From Macrostomum lignano (Eukaryota), in the NCBI GenBank assembly GCA_002269645.1, contig NIVC01000366.1:1-64000 (forward strand): 64,000 nt of DNA, given 5' to 3'. Shown here piece by piece: positions 37,662-50,240 of this stretch. A program made the position numbers and the translations under genes. The notes under the pieces are model-generated. The model was given only the letters and a program-made list of their open reading frames with translations. It did not search any database and was not told where the DNA came from. Numbering within the stretch: the stretch's first letter is position 1; every line of letters begins with the position of its first letter.

Positions 37662-38945
37662 CTAAAAGTTACACAAGCTTCCTTCAGTGCTGTATTGTAT
37701 TACTTTCTGCATTCCAGTGCCGTCAATAAGGCCTATACATTCATTGAACAGCCCAAGCCAAACGAGCAACGCACCGACAAAGACGTCGATCTCGCAGAAG
37801 TGAAAGTACACAGACGACGCAGGCGTTCGCAGCACGGTCAAGTACCGACCAGCCACCAGCCTCGAGCAGGTGAAGTTAAGCGGGTTTGTCGTTGCATCTG
37901 GCACGCCAGTGTAGTAGTAGCACTGCTCGATCAGTGAACTGTTGAAGTTGCTCCACATTGACTCAAAAGTGCTCACCCCTAGAAAGAGGATTATACTCGT
38001 AGAAGTTCCAATAGTTTGACCCTCCAAACGTGATTTTTTATTTGTGGCCTAATTTCTTCTTGTCTCCTTCCAAAGAATCACCTTGCATAGAGCGACTTAA
38101 CGAAGCAAAAAGCACCAAACCTCCGTTGGTCATTATTTGCCTCCCCAAATAACATCTTTAGCATCTCAATTGCTAAAGAATTTGGAGATGGTTTGACTAA
38201 AACAGCTGAAGTATTGTGAAACTTGCCTCGGAGATCAGTAAAGGTGTGTAGCAAATTTTGATCTCAATTTAAGATGCTGATTGAAGCCAAGAGATTTTTT
38301 TCGAGTGTCTTAATAGACCATTACACGTGTACTAAATTAGTACATTTGAAATATGCTCCATTTTCAACAGATCGAGTTGAAAATAACAAATGTCAAAAAT
38401 CAATTGGTAGCCTAAAAACTATCACATCCCATGCTTCCATGCTTATGCATAAGTATGGCTGCTCTCATACCGATAAGGACGTTGGTGAACTTTTCGCTGC
38501 AGCACTCGATCCGGTTCCAGATCCTCACGCCGCTGATGATGCGCGCGGTGCCCATGTCCAGCATCCACCAGGGCTCTCTGTCAGTAGTTGCGGCGTGAAT
38601 GCATCTCGTAGCTCTTTCGTAACTGCCCAATGTGTCACCGTTGTTTCCCACGACAGATTTGTCAACGGTGGCCCACTTGGAGGACTGCTTTGCCTGCAGG
38701 TTCTTGGGTAGCTGCTCCACGTGCAGGTCTGCGACGGAATTCAGGATTGGTAGACAGGTATACCATACTCAGTGACAGTCAGTTTATAGGTTTTTAGTTC
38801 AAGCAGCTGACTGAGAGGTAGAAAATTTGTTTAAACATGACTTATAACAGGCCTGTTTTAAAATTTCAACGTTCTTCATCTTACCTGCCAAGGTGACACC
38901 CAAGCCAATGATGAAAAAAGACACGATGGAAGAGCAGATTGACAT
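37662..38945 (-). CDS. Secreted F-type lectin (fucolectin/FTP domain) protein (exons 38945-38885, 38728-38471, 37978-37662; an extra intron after ...EIDVFV is possible)
   Basis: Signal peptide MSICSSIVSFFIIGLGVTLA; AKQSS, CIHAATTDREPWWMLDMG, VRIWNRIECCSEKF, TCSRLVAGRYLTV, HFCEIDVF are FTP motifs; phases consistent. Confidence 0.88.
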
Positions 38946-39254
38946 GCTTAGCAGCAGTGGCGAATTCCGAGCCTGGGTTCAGCGGGAGATTAATTTTCAA
39001 GTTTGCCGGCCAATTTCTAGCAATCAAAACTATCAGATATGGTTTCCAGCAACTATGGCTGAAGAGTAACCGCGTTGATGCTTATTGGTCACCCGCTGCT
39101 ACTTCTCTCTCCCCAACTCAGAACCAGATGCGGTGCAGCAATTTGTGATGGATTTTTATTAGAATTTTCCATCTCACGGAATCGCTCAACATTTTTGGTG
39201 ACCCTATTTGTTGCCCCGTGAAGCAATCAGTCACCAGAGGCTTCCATCTTTCTG

Positions 39255-39895
39255 ACAGAGCTGACTATCTGTCACGTGACTAAAAAGCATCGCACCTAAC
39301 GACTGAGCTGACGATCTGTCACCTGACTAAAAAGCATCGCACCTAACGACTGAGCTGACGATCTGTCACCTGACTAAAAAGCATCGCACCTCATAATTGA
39401 GCTGACGATCTGTCACCTGACTAGAAAGCATCACACCTCATGATTGAGCAGACGATCTGTCACCTGACTAAAAAGCATCACACCGCGTGATTGAGCTGAC
39501 GATCTGTCACCTGACTAAAAAGCATCACACCGTGTGATTGAGCTGACGATCTGTCACCTGATAAAAAGCACCACACCGTGTGATTGAGCTGACGATCTGT
39601 CACCTGACTAAAGCATCACACCTCATGATTGAGCTGACGATCTGTCACCTGACTAAAAAGCATCACACCTCATGATTGAGCTGACGATCTGTCACCTGAC
39701 TAGAAAGCATCACACCTCATGATTGAGCTGACGATCTGTCACCTGACTAGAAAGCATCGCATTCACGATTGAGCTGACGATCTGCCACCTGACTAGAAAG
39801 CATCGCATTCACGATTGAGCTGACGATCTGTCACCTGACTAGAAAGCATCGCATTCACGATTGAGCTGACGATCTGTCACCTGACTAGAAAGCAC
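39255..39895. repeat. 47-bp minisatellite upstream of the lectin gene
   Basis: TGAGCTGACGATCTGTCACCTGACTAAAAAGCATC.. units (39304, 39351...). Confidence 0.95.
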
Positions 39896-40965
39896 CACTA
39901 AGGCTGGAAGTTATCAATTCCGCTTCAGTAGCCATCAAAGCGAGCAATAAAAAAATGAGTGTGCCGACCAAATTGATTTGGACAATTTAAGTTTGTTCTG
40001 TGACCTGAGCCTTGCTATACAGTAGGGCTCACCCCACCAGTGAAGCAATTAGAGAAAAAAACATTTATGCATATATGGCTTTTGGGTCGCGCAATGCCCA
40101 GAGGGGACCATGTTATCATTTGCCTAGCGTCAATAATTTTACCCTAATCAATAAAACTGTATATTTTCCTGGGAATTGCAGGAAGCTCAGAAGCAAGAGT
40201 TAAAATTCCTTCTAAAACACGTGAATGCCAATTAAAGGAATGCCCTAGCTTACCAAACAGACTGATAGGATAGCTGCATTTCCATCTGTCGAAAACAGAT
40301 AGGGAGGCTTAAAATGCAGGTTCTATACAAATGAACCTATAGATTAACTTCAGGGGCGCTAGCCGCGACACGACAAGCCAATGCTCGAATCCTTTCCGTT
40401 GTAATAATTTAGGGCACGTAGATAAAAATTGGCCGTAGACTATAGACAGAAACGGAGTGAGTGGATTAGCACGTGACTGGCGCCCATGAAAGCCAACCCA
40501 GAATGCACCGATTGTGTAAATGTCTGACAAAATTGTGTTTGCAGCTGCTTCCGTGTTTGCCCTGGGATTGAAAGTGCCAGAACTTTTCGTACACGCCTTG
40601 TAATGCAATGTACCTTGCGTTTTCATCGTTCTCCAGGTAAATTAAAAATAACGGCGTAGTGCGCGTAAAAATAAAGAATAACCAATTTTTATTAGATACG
40701 AGTACTCTACTTAGAGTAGAAATACAGACAAAAATACGTTGAATGTTAAAACCAACGCAAATTAGAATCAAGTGCTCTACTGCTGCTCGATCATAAAAAT
40801 TAACACTCAAGACCATTTTTCAGTTGCATGGCATCGTATACATTGAGGCTCAATGTTTTGGGCTATTCAGAATAACGAATTGGATACCAGTGTGATAAAT
40901 ATTCTGTGATGTCGTAAAATCGCAGAATGTCGTTCTGAGCATAGCTCATCTGGCTGCAGAGCAGC

Positions 40966-41485
40966 TCAGAGTTTACCTAAGCCGAGCAGACAGGCCACCA
41001 ACAGGCAGTAAGCCGTCAGGAGCAGAGTGGGGCCCGACAACCGACCGACCGAGTTGCACAGCTCCGTGTCGCAGCAGTAGGTGGTAGATGTCCTGATGCA
41101 ACGGTCCAATGGAACCCTAATGATGACATCATCCTTGACTACTTTCTGTTGGTTAGAATTGGTTTAGAAAATTATTTTGTGGTATGAAATTTTAGCAGCT
41201 TTTTTATTTGGGACAATTTGTGTAGAATCCCGACATGTTGTGTAGAACACCTTTAGTAGCATGAATTCGAATGTGAAATAAGTTCCTAGAATCCCTGCAA
41301 GCTCTTACCTGGCAGAATTTACCGGATCCAATAGATGTTTTGCCATCAACAGTTTTGCATCTCATGCAAGAATAACATTTCACGGCAAGGCAGCCGGCTA
41401 AAATACTAAAAATATAAAGTTATTAAAATATGAATTTTGCACCTGCCAGTGTGAAGCTGATTAGTAAAATTCGTAATCCGGACAT
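40966..41485 (-). CDS. Short Ly6/uPAR (three-finger, CD59-like) GPI-anchored protein A (exons 41485-41443, 41397-41309, 41145-40966)
   Basis: MSGLRILLISFTLA AGCLAVKCYSCMRCKTVDGKTSIGSGKFCQ KVVKDDVIIRVPLDRCIRTSTTYCCDTELCN SVGRLSGPTLLLTAYCLLVACLLGLGKL*; CCx4CN motif; hydrophobic GPI signal. Confidence 0.88.
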
Positions 41486-41739
41486 GATAGCAACTCTAGT
41501 GCAAGAAGCCGCTGATCTGTAAACACAATTTAAAAAATTCTCTGCAGCACATCAAATGGAACATTTACGTCGGATCTAGCGCACAAGATTTAGACTCATG
41601 TTGGTCCACTGTTACATTCCTGCACTACTAATTGCGCCCCGGTGGTCAAGTTTGCGTATAGCCCGTTTCTGCCAATTTGGACAGGTTCGTGCCCGACTCT
41701 CTACAAACTAGCAGCTTATAACTGAGCTGTGAGCTCAAA

Positions 41740-42275
41740 CACTGGTCACAGATAACTGCAAGGTATATATGCATTGATACACTGGTCACAGATAAGCAAT
41801 GCATTGATACACTGGTCACAGATAAGCAATGCATTGATACACTGGTCACAGATAAGCAATGCATTGATACACTGGTCACAGATAAGCAATGCATTGATAT
41901 ACTGGTCATAGATAAGCAATGCATTGATACACTGGTCATAGATAAGCAATGCATTGATACACTGGTCATAGATAAGCAATGCATTGATACACTGGTCATA
42001 GATAAGCAATGCATTGATACACTGGTCATAGATAAGCAATGCATTGATACACTGGTCATAGATAAGCAATGCATTGATACACTGATCATAGATAAGCAAT
42101 GCATTGATACACTGGTCATAGATAAGCAATGCATTGATACACTGGTCACAGATAAACAATGCATTGATACACGAGTCATAGATAAGCGATGCATTGATAC
42201 ACTGGTCACAGATAAGCAATGCATTGATACACTGGTCATAGATAAGCAATGCATTGATACACTGGTCACAGACAG
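41740..42275. repeat. 30-bp minisatellite (~17 units)
   Basis: CACTGGTCACAGATAAGCAATGCATTGATA units. Confidence 0.97.
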
Positions 42276-42550
42276 TCCATGAATGAATCGATAAACTTAA
42301 GTATGCAGTTTGCTGTTATATCATTTTGCTCCATTTCTGAGAATAAATACGAACTATTATTGAGCATTGGCAAGTGAAGTATCACTAAATGTATTTTTAT
42401 TCATCTAAAATGAATATTATACGCAACAATAAACAAAATATAAGCAGACATCAATTTTTGCAACAACGAGACCTTGAGTTGAGAAAGTCAAAGCGAGCGA
42501 GTTGGCCGAGTGAGCTAAAGCGTCTTGAAATGAACAATTAGCACACACAC

Positions 42551-42602
42551 CTGGCAGTAGACACCAGAAACTGTTAGACATGGCATGTCACGGCAAAGCA
42601 GT
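42551..42602 (-). pseudogene. Ly6 exon-2 pseudo-exon with a frameshifting internal deletion
   Basis: cag|AC TGC TTT GCC GTG ACA TGC CAT GT..CTA ACA GTT TCT GGT GTC TAC TGC CAG|gtgtgt (DCFAVTCH..LTVSGVYCQ); 52 nt versus 89-98 nt in paralogs. Confidence 0.7.
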
Positions 42603-43493
42603 CTGTGAAAAATATTCTTGACAATAATCAATAATTAAGTAACTAATTTGGTCATCGGGTGCTCCTGGAATTCAAACCGACTGTTACCGGAGTCAAATCA
42701 AAACCTGATGCCTGACAATTAAAAAGTCAGGACAGCTGTATACACTCTGCCTGAGCTCAGGAGTCTGCGGAATGGGCACAGTCGCGCTTTCAGAGCTGGT
42801 TGATGGGATGTTGATCTCGCCGAAGGGTGCCCGTACCCATCCTGCAACTGTAGTTATATTATTATCGTGTAATTATACGAGCGTATGGTGGCAGAGGGTA
42901 AGTTAGTTTTTCGTTATTTTTAAACCCACGAAGGCTTCTACGAGTATTTTAAAAGATAAGAGACAGTACATACACAGCTTGATGAAGTCTTCTCAATGTT
43001 TTGATTAGTGCCTTTATAATTCAACATTTATGCTCTACAAAAAATCATGTCTATATTGTTGAGTCACTGTATATAACCTATAAAATTCAAGAAAATTTCG
43101 TGTAACAATGTAGAAAACTTGCTGGCTTAATGTTACAGACTGATTATTTGTTAGAGTTGAGCAGAATATCTATCGTAGAAGTGTGTTGTTCTGATTCGTT
43201 GATGAGATAAGAATTGAGCCATAGACTAAATTTGAGGAAGGATGCGCTCAACGAGCTTAGAGAGAGTGTTGTAACTACGAGCATAGAAGCAGTTCCGGAG
43301 TCGTTTAGGAGAACAGAAGTCTCAAGACGCTACTACGCCTTCAATTGTCGCGAACTAACTCAATGTGACGTTTCAAAATTGCATATTCTTGCATATTCTT
43401 TTGCAGTCGGGATGCGTGATATTGATTTAATAAGCGAGCGCCATTATCATATAGACTATCGTTTTTTAATGCATTTTTAATGAAGCTGTTAAG

Positions 43494-44006
43494 TCACGAT
43501 AAATTGCCATAGATTATGAGCGAGAAATTTGTTTGACGCTTCAGCACGAGAGTCAAGTACCTCTGCACTCCAGCACGAATGCAGACCAACGTAGCTGGCG
43601 AATAGCAACTGCCGTCAGATTTTTTTAGACAGAAGTAAAAGAACCTTAAAAATTCGGCCAAGCGAATGTCACTGATCACGCTCACATCCACAGCACCATG
43701 CTTCTTTAAAAACTCCACGAACATTTTGCCATACAGAAACATGTGTTCTCGTGTAGTGCTCGGCAGTGACTCCAGTTCGACAACATCCATCGCACTGGGT
43801 AAATCAGATAGTTCTGGAAGCTCGACACTAGAAACCGCAGCGGCCTCATCAGCCGTCTCGATTTTAGACAGGTAGTCGATAAAATCTCCAAGAATTTCAT
43901 CGGAACTGTGGTTCACGGCGCTCAGTTCACTCAGAAAATCTAGTTCAGTAGACGAGACGCCATCTGAACTGTCGACCGGTAGATTTTTCCAGTTGATAAG
44001 AGGCAT
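43494..44006 (-). mobile_element. Crypton (DUF3504-type tyrosine recombinase) relic 1, N-terminal portion
   Basis: LAEFLRFFYFCLKKSDGSCYSPATLVCIRAGVQRYL matches the CryptonA/ZMYM-QRICH1-type region; downstream sequence is degenerate. Confidence 0.75.
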
Positions 44007-44185
44007 TTTTAATTCGATTTCTCTCGCTTCTTGCTTCTAGTTCTTAACTTCCTAACAGACTCATGGTCAACTCATGGTCGAGCTCATGGTCGAGCTTTTC
44101 TTTTAGAGAACTGTATTCTAAAAAATTGTCTATGGTCCGATTATTGCTTCGCCACTCGTGACTGTGATCATTATCCAAGTCTGAA

Positions 44186-44359
44186 ACCATAGACTTAATC
44201 TACCATTACGTGTTGGGAACAAGTTAAAGGCAGGCTAGGAAGATAATTTAAGAGAGAGAGAGAGAGACCAATGATGCGGCATTTAAGTGTTAAGTCAACA
44301 TCACGCACCCATAGCTGCAGATGAGTACACTGACTAGTGTTTCCTCTATAGTCTATGGT
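44186..44359. mobile_element. 174-bp non-autonomous mini-element with 10-bp inverted termini
   Basis: ACCATAGACT (44186-44195) / AGTCTATGGT (44350-44359), flanked by CTGAA direct repeats (TCTGAA if the terminal T is shared). Confidence 0.7.
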
Positions 44360-44966
44360 CTGAAAGACCTGATGTCAATGGTTTAAAAGGACAATAATAT
44401 GTTGCGGACAGTTTAAAGACAGTTTAATCAAATTGGTAAAAGAGCGATTAAGATTTTCAAAAACTAAGCTGTCACCCTCTACTGAACTATTCTGCTCTGT
44501 CTTGGTGTGACTTCATTGCTATCAAGTTAGAGTCATTACTGCGAGAATGGACTTTCCAGCGAAAGTCTCTGATCAGCTAGACAATTTTGTGTATTTCGGC
44601 AGAATACATTTGCTACATGCAGTTTTGACATTAGTATCATCTTATTTCATGTAAATAAAAGTATCATAAAAGAAACGATTGCCGATAAATAATACGCATT
44701 CCACGAGCGAGTTAATGGCTACAGTGAAACCAGCGCTTGCTAATGTACTCTATTGTATACCAGTGGTATGCGAATCGATATCTAATATAACAGCAGTGGG
44801 AATAGCGTTGCCTTAATTAAAGCAGAATACTCAGAATCAGGTTGTCTTTGTGCTGTTGACCTACATGCACTCATTTGGAAACAAACACTCGTGGTAGAAA
44901 GTCCTCGATAAATTCCCAGTGACGGTGCTCAACCGGATTCTGAGCATTCATCCTCTGCAGATCTGC

Positions 44967-47150
44967 TCAGAGGTTGCTCAAGCTGAGCAGACAGCCCGCG
45001 AGCAGACCGGCAGCCGTCAGGAGGCCCGACAGAGGCGGACCCGACATCCGACCGACCGAGTTGCACAGGTCCGTATCGCAACAGAACGAGTAGGAAGACT
45101 TGACGCAAAGCATCACCGGACCACGAACAGTCTTACCAGCAGCGACTATTTTCTGTTGATTGGTTGAATTAGCATAACTTGCCAAAATGTACCAGCGTCG
45201 TGTAAAACACTTTATAAAGCACGAATTCAAATGCTCGTAAGTTAAAGGGGGTTGTAGCTTAAAATGGTTAGAGCGTCGGACTCCCGACTGAAAGGTCGAG
45301 GGTTCGATTCCCGATCCACTCTGAAAAATTCGGATAAACTCGGAAGAAACTTAATTCTGCATTGCTTCAGTTCACCCAGCTGTAAAATGGGTGCTAGCAT
45401 TAACTGGGGTAATTTAGGGTGTATGTCGCGATCCTCCAGTCCTTGGACTGGAGCCTCCAGATGCGCCGCGCAATAGCTGTGGCTGAGCTATCGGTTGAAA
45501 ATCTGCCCATTCGGACAGGCTTAATCAATGTAACAGTAAAGAACGGATACAAGTGCACCAATGTTTTGACTGAGGGCGCTGTGCACGAGTAGCCGTTCTT
45601 CACCGATATTGTATGATTTTGAAGGCGTTTGCACCATAGATATTTGAAGCGTGCAACAATCAGTTTGGGACAGCGTGCACCAATTATACATGGCTGAACG
45701 CTCGAAATACGCTCGTATCTATGGTCCAAAAATGAAAGTGTAGACATGAAGTTGTAGGTCAAATAGCAAAGGTTCATAGCTAGCTATACAAAGTAGCCTG
45801 CTAAAGCTCAACGCGCGACTGCGACCGAAGGCAAATAAATGGCTTTCATTTTGGATTCAACAACCGGCAGTCGTATCGGACTATTGCACATTTCGCAAGG
45901 TGACGTTGTTGGAGCTTCAAGTTCCCAGTTGGGCGAACGGGTTGAGCAAGAGTCCGCAATGCGATGCATGCTTGACGATCTCATTCAATTGGACGCCGAT
46001 GAAGTTGAAGCGCTATTAAATGGTGGCGATTCGGAGCAATCCCTTTTAAACGAGATGGATGAAATTCAACTGGACAGCACACCGAGGTCTATTCGAATTC
46101 AGGAAAACTGGGCTGTACGCAAGTTCAATGAAGTGCTCATTAGTAAGAAGTACGCGTGCAACTTGGAGACGGCTGACATAGTGCAGTTAGTAACTGGTCT
46201 GCGAGTATTCTATGCGTTCTTGCGTAAAATTGACGGAGGGTTATACGCCCCTGCGTCTCTAGTTACTGTTCGTGCTGGATTATTTCGATATCTACTCGGG
46301 ACACGCGGGCTGAACATTTTTGAAGACCCATAACGCTTCGCTAAAGCCAATTTGCAACTGAAAGCCACTGCAGCCATGTTCGTCAAGACAGAAGTGACCC
46401 GACGAAAGTGCAACAAGAGTCGTATACTACGTGATGGCAATTTGGACTGTGTGGACGCGAGTGGTTCCGAAAGTTGAAAACGAAATCGTTTATAAGATCC
46501 ACTGTAGATGGCAAGCGCGCTTTTAAGTTGACTCCAATGGAGACGAAGAATGTCCGGGGAAGTTTGGAGACGCCGACTGCAGAAGACAGAAAGCAGAGCA
46601 TGATTTTCGCAACTGGTGAGCGTGGGTGTCCGTATGAATGCGTCGATCTCTATCTGAGGAAGGTTGAAGAAGCAAAGAGAAAGGAAGGTGTAAAAAGCTC
46701 TGTTGTGTTTCTACGTCCCTGGGTACGTGAGCTACAACAGTCGTGGTACTCCAAAATGATACAATAATTTTTATTATTTTATTTTCAAATAAGTACCTCT
46801 ATAGATAAGGAAAAACTTATGCGAGATCGGAAACAGCTAGAGTCGGAGGGGGAGACATGAGTAGAATACAAAGCAAAGAAGGAGAGCCTACTGCAAAGAT
46901 TAGCGCTACAAACACTCACCTGGCAGTAGGTACCTGAAGCTGTGAGTGTGTTGCTGCCAACAGTTTCGCAGTCAGCGCAGACGTAACAAAGCACCGCAAG
47001 GCAGTCAGTGAGAGAAGCTAAAAGTTTCGTAACACAATCGGAATGAATTTCGGATTTTACCAGGTATGCCGAGAAATATGAAATAAAAAATTATTTAACT
47101 AACACACCTGACAATGTAAGAATAATTAGCAGAGTTCGAATGCCAGACAT
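44967..47150 (-). CDS. Short Ly6/three-finger GPI-anchored protein B (exons 47150-47108, 47017-46920, 45152-44967)
   Basis: MSGIRTLLIILTLS ASLTDCLAVLCYVCADCETVGSNTLTASGTYCQ KIVAAGKTVRGPVMLCVKSSYSFCCDTDLCN SVGRMSGPPLSGLLTAAGLLAGCLLSLSNL*; same exon phases as protein A. Confidence 0.9.
45247..45497 (+). mobile_element. tRNA-derived SINE, same family as 22510-22773, in Ly6-B intron 2
   Basis: GGTTCGATTCC B-box; shared TTCACCCAGCTGTAAAATGGGTG and CAGATGCGCCGCGCAATAGCTG segments. Confidence 0.82.
45839..46767 (+). mobile_element. Crypton (DUF3504-type tyrosine recombinase) relic 2, antisense inside Ly6-B intron 2
   Basis: LRVFYAFLRKIDGGLYAPASLVTVRAGLFRYL, then after a stop and frameshift ETKNVRG..SMIFATGERGCPYECVDLYLRK..FLRP..WY; catalytic C-terminus absent. 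Confidence 0.82.
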
Positions 47151-48109
47151 GATAGCGATTGAGGTGCAATTTGCAGCTGGTCTGCATTTATGGATTTCTG
47201 AGACAGAATTTGAACTGACGCTGCCGACAAATCCTATATACTAAAAATGAGTTGTCTGTGGGTAGGTAGGTAGGTATGCGATAGATTTCAGAAAAATCCA
47301 ATATACTAAAAATCAAAACTATGTACCTACCTATCTATCTATCTATAGGAACCTTCGTTTAACTTGACTTTGCGTGGTCGGAATTTTCTGGGGTTTTCTG
47401 CATTCGATGCGTATTGATGATGCGCTGGTACACAACATCTTCTTCTTCTAATATACTAAAAATGGTCTGTTTGTGTGTGCGTGTGTGTGTGATCGATTTT
47501 AGCAAAAACGGCTCAACCGATTTTCTTCGAATTTGCACCATTCGATCAGAAATTTTTCCGTGACGGTACATGCATCGTTGCTAAGAAATTGCTCGATGCT
47601 AAAGGGATTAAATATTCGAAAAACATGCTTTTTTGCAAAGGTCAAGCAAAACTTTTCGACTTGAAACGCACTGTAAAAATGCTAGAGAAAAAACTGACTG
47701 GTTGAATTCTGATTCTGAAATAGATTGCATCACAATACACTTTATTTATCGTCTGTGTACTGGCTGAATTTGACACTCAATTGAATTGCGTCACAGCTTT
47801 GAGTGTGAAAGCATAGTGCAGTACTGAATTTATATTACGTAACCATATTGTTAGCTTTCATAGACACTGGTACTGACTTGCCTAAGAAATTGATTATGTC
47901 ATAACTGCTTCGTGAGACTTTTTACTCTACCTGACTTGGTGTGAGTGTTGAATTATATAAGTGGTACAAATTCACTGATAACTTCGATGAGAGCTAGCCT
48001 AGAGCTGAACAGACCAGACTGCTAATGCAGCGACCTAGGTTCGAATCTAAGTAGTAGTGTAAAATTTTTTATTAAAAGCTTTTATTAAAGGACTAAATAA
48101 AAACACTTA

Positions 48110-50240
48110 GATTACTGCACTCGATAAGCTAAGGATTATTGCTCTTGGCAAACCAAGGAATACTGCACTCGATAAGCCAAGGATTATTGCTATTAATAAA
48201 CCAAGGATTACTGCACTCAATAAACCAAGGACTATTGCTATTAATAAACCAAGGATTACTGCACTCAATAAACCAAGGACTATTGCTCTTGGCAAACCAA
48301 GGATTACTGCACTCGATAAGCCATGGATTATTGCTATTAATAAACCTGCAAGGATTACTGCACTCGATAAGCCAAGGATTATTGCTATTAATAAACCAAG
48401 GATTACTGCACTCGATAAGCCAAGGATTATTGTAAACCAAGGATTACTGCACTCGATAAACCAAGGATTATTGCTATTAATAAACCAAGGATTATGCACT
48501 TGGCAAACCAAGGATTACTGCACTCGATAAGCCAAGGATTATTGCTATTAATAAACCAAGGATTACTGCACTCAATAAGGCATGGATTATTGCTATTAAT
48601 AAACCAAGGATTACTGCACTCGATAAGCCAAGGATTATTGCTATTAATAAACCAAGGATTACTGCACTCGATAAGCCAAGGATTATTGCTATTAATAAAC
48701 CAAGGATTACTGCACTTGGCAAACCAAGGATTACTGCACTCGATAAGCCAAGGATTATTGCTATTAATAAACCATGAATTACTGCACTCAATAAACCAAG
48801 GACTATTGCTCTTGGCAAACAAAGGATTACTGCACTTGATTTATCAAGGATTATTGCTATAAATAAACCAAGGATTACTGCACTCGATAAGCCAAGGATT
48901 ATTGCTATTATTAAACCAAGGATTACTGCACTCGATAAGCCATGGATTATTGCTATTAATAAACCAAGGATTACTTACTGCACTTGGCAAACCAAGAATT
49001 ACTGCACTTGATAAGCCATGGATTATTGCTATTAATAAACCAAGGATTACTGCACTCGATAGCCAAGGATTACTGCGCTTGATAAGCTTGGCTACATGTA
49101 TAGGATTATTTCTATCCAGGGATGCTTGCTATTTAGGGATTCTTGCTATGTGCAGGATGCTTGCTATCTGGAAGGATGCTTCTACATTATTTGGGGTATG
49201 CTTGCTATCTGCAAGATGCTTGCTATCTGCAAGATGCTTGCTATCTGCAAGATGCTTGCTATCTGCAGATGCTTGCTATCTGGGTGGATGCTTGCTAGGA
49301 GTATTAGGGGATGCTTGCTACTGGGGGATGCTTGCTGTCTTGGGAATATTTTCTATTTAGGGGTAATGACTAAAATTCATGAGAGCTAGCCTAGAGGTAA
49401 ACAGACTAAACTGCTAAATGCAGGGACGATGGTTCGAATTTTTAGAGAGTAGAGTTTTTTTAATTAAAGCTTTTTAACGCCAAGACAAAAAAAATTATGG
49501 AAGCGTCATGTAAACAATCATACAAGCGTCATGTAAACAATCATAGAAGCGTCATGTAAACAATCATAGAAGCGTCATGTAAAAATCATAGAAGCGTCAT
49601 GTAAACAATCATAGAAGCGTAATGTAAACAATCATAGAAGCGTCATGTTAAAATCATAAAAGCGTCATGTAAACAATCATAGAAGCGTCATGTAAACAAT
49701 CATAGAAGCGTCATGTAAACAATCATAGAAGCGTCATGTTAAAATCATAAAAGCGTCATAAAAAATCATAGAAGCGTCATGTAAAAATCATAGAAGCGTA
49801 ATGTAAACAATCATAGAAGCGTCATGTTAAAATCATACAAGCGTCATGTAAACAATCATACAAGCGTCATGTAAAAAATCATAGAAGCGTCATGTAAAAA
49901 AATCATAGAAGCGTCATGTTAAAATCATAAAAGCGTCATAAAAAATCATAGAAGCGTATGTAAAAATCATAGAAGCGTCATGTAAAAATCATAGAAGCGT
50001 CATGTAAACAATCATAGAAGCGTCATGTAAACAATCATAGAAGCGTCATGTAAACAATCATAGAAGCGTCATGTAAAAAATCATAGAAGCGTCATGTAAA
50101 AATCATAGAAGCGTCATGTAAAAATCATAGAAGCGTCATGTAAAAAATCATAGAAGCGTCATGTAAACAATCATACAAGCGTCATGTAAACAATCATAGA
50201 AGCGTCATGTTAACATAGAAGCGTCATGAAAAAATTATAG
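48110..50240. repeat. Arrays inside Helitron 1: 48-bp CCAAGGATT dimer (48110-49070), 18-bp GATGCTTGCTATCT (49130-49340), 23-bp GAAGCGTCATGTAAA (49500-50240)
   Basis: Visible tandem periodicity. Confidence 0.95.

Noticed and set aside
40309-40816. Short ORFs faintly resembling Helitron Rep segments (RYIAL..F)
   Set aside because: Similarity too weak to call by eye
43214-43480. 88-aa + strand ORF next to Crypton relic 1
   Set aside because: Antisense to the decayed recombinase continuation; no recognisable domain
45247-45320. Functional tRNA genes at tRNA-like heads (also 16670-16735, 26540-26612, 59766-59839)
   Set aside because: Stems are imperfect and the heads are attached to SINE or TE bodies; treated as derived sequences
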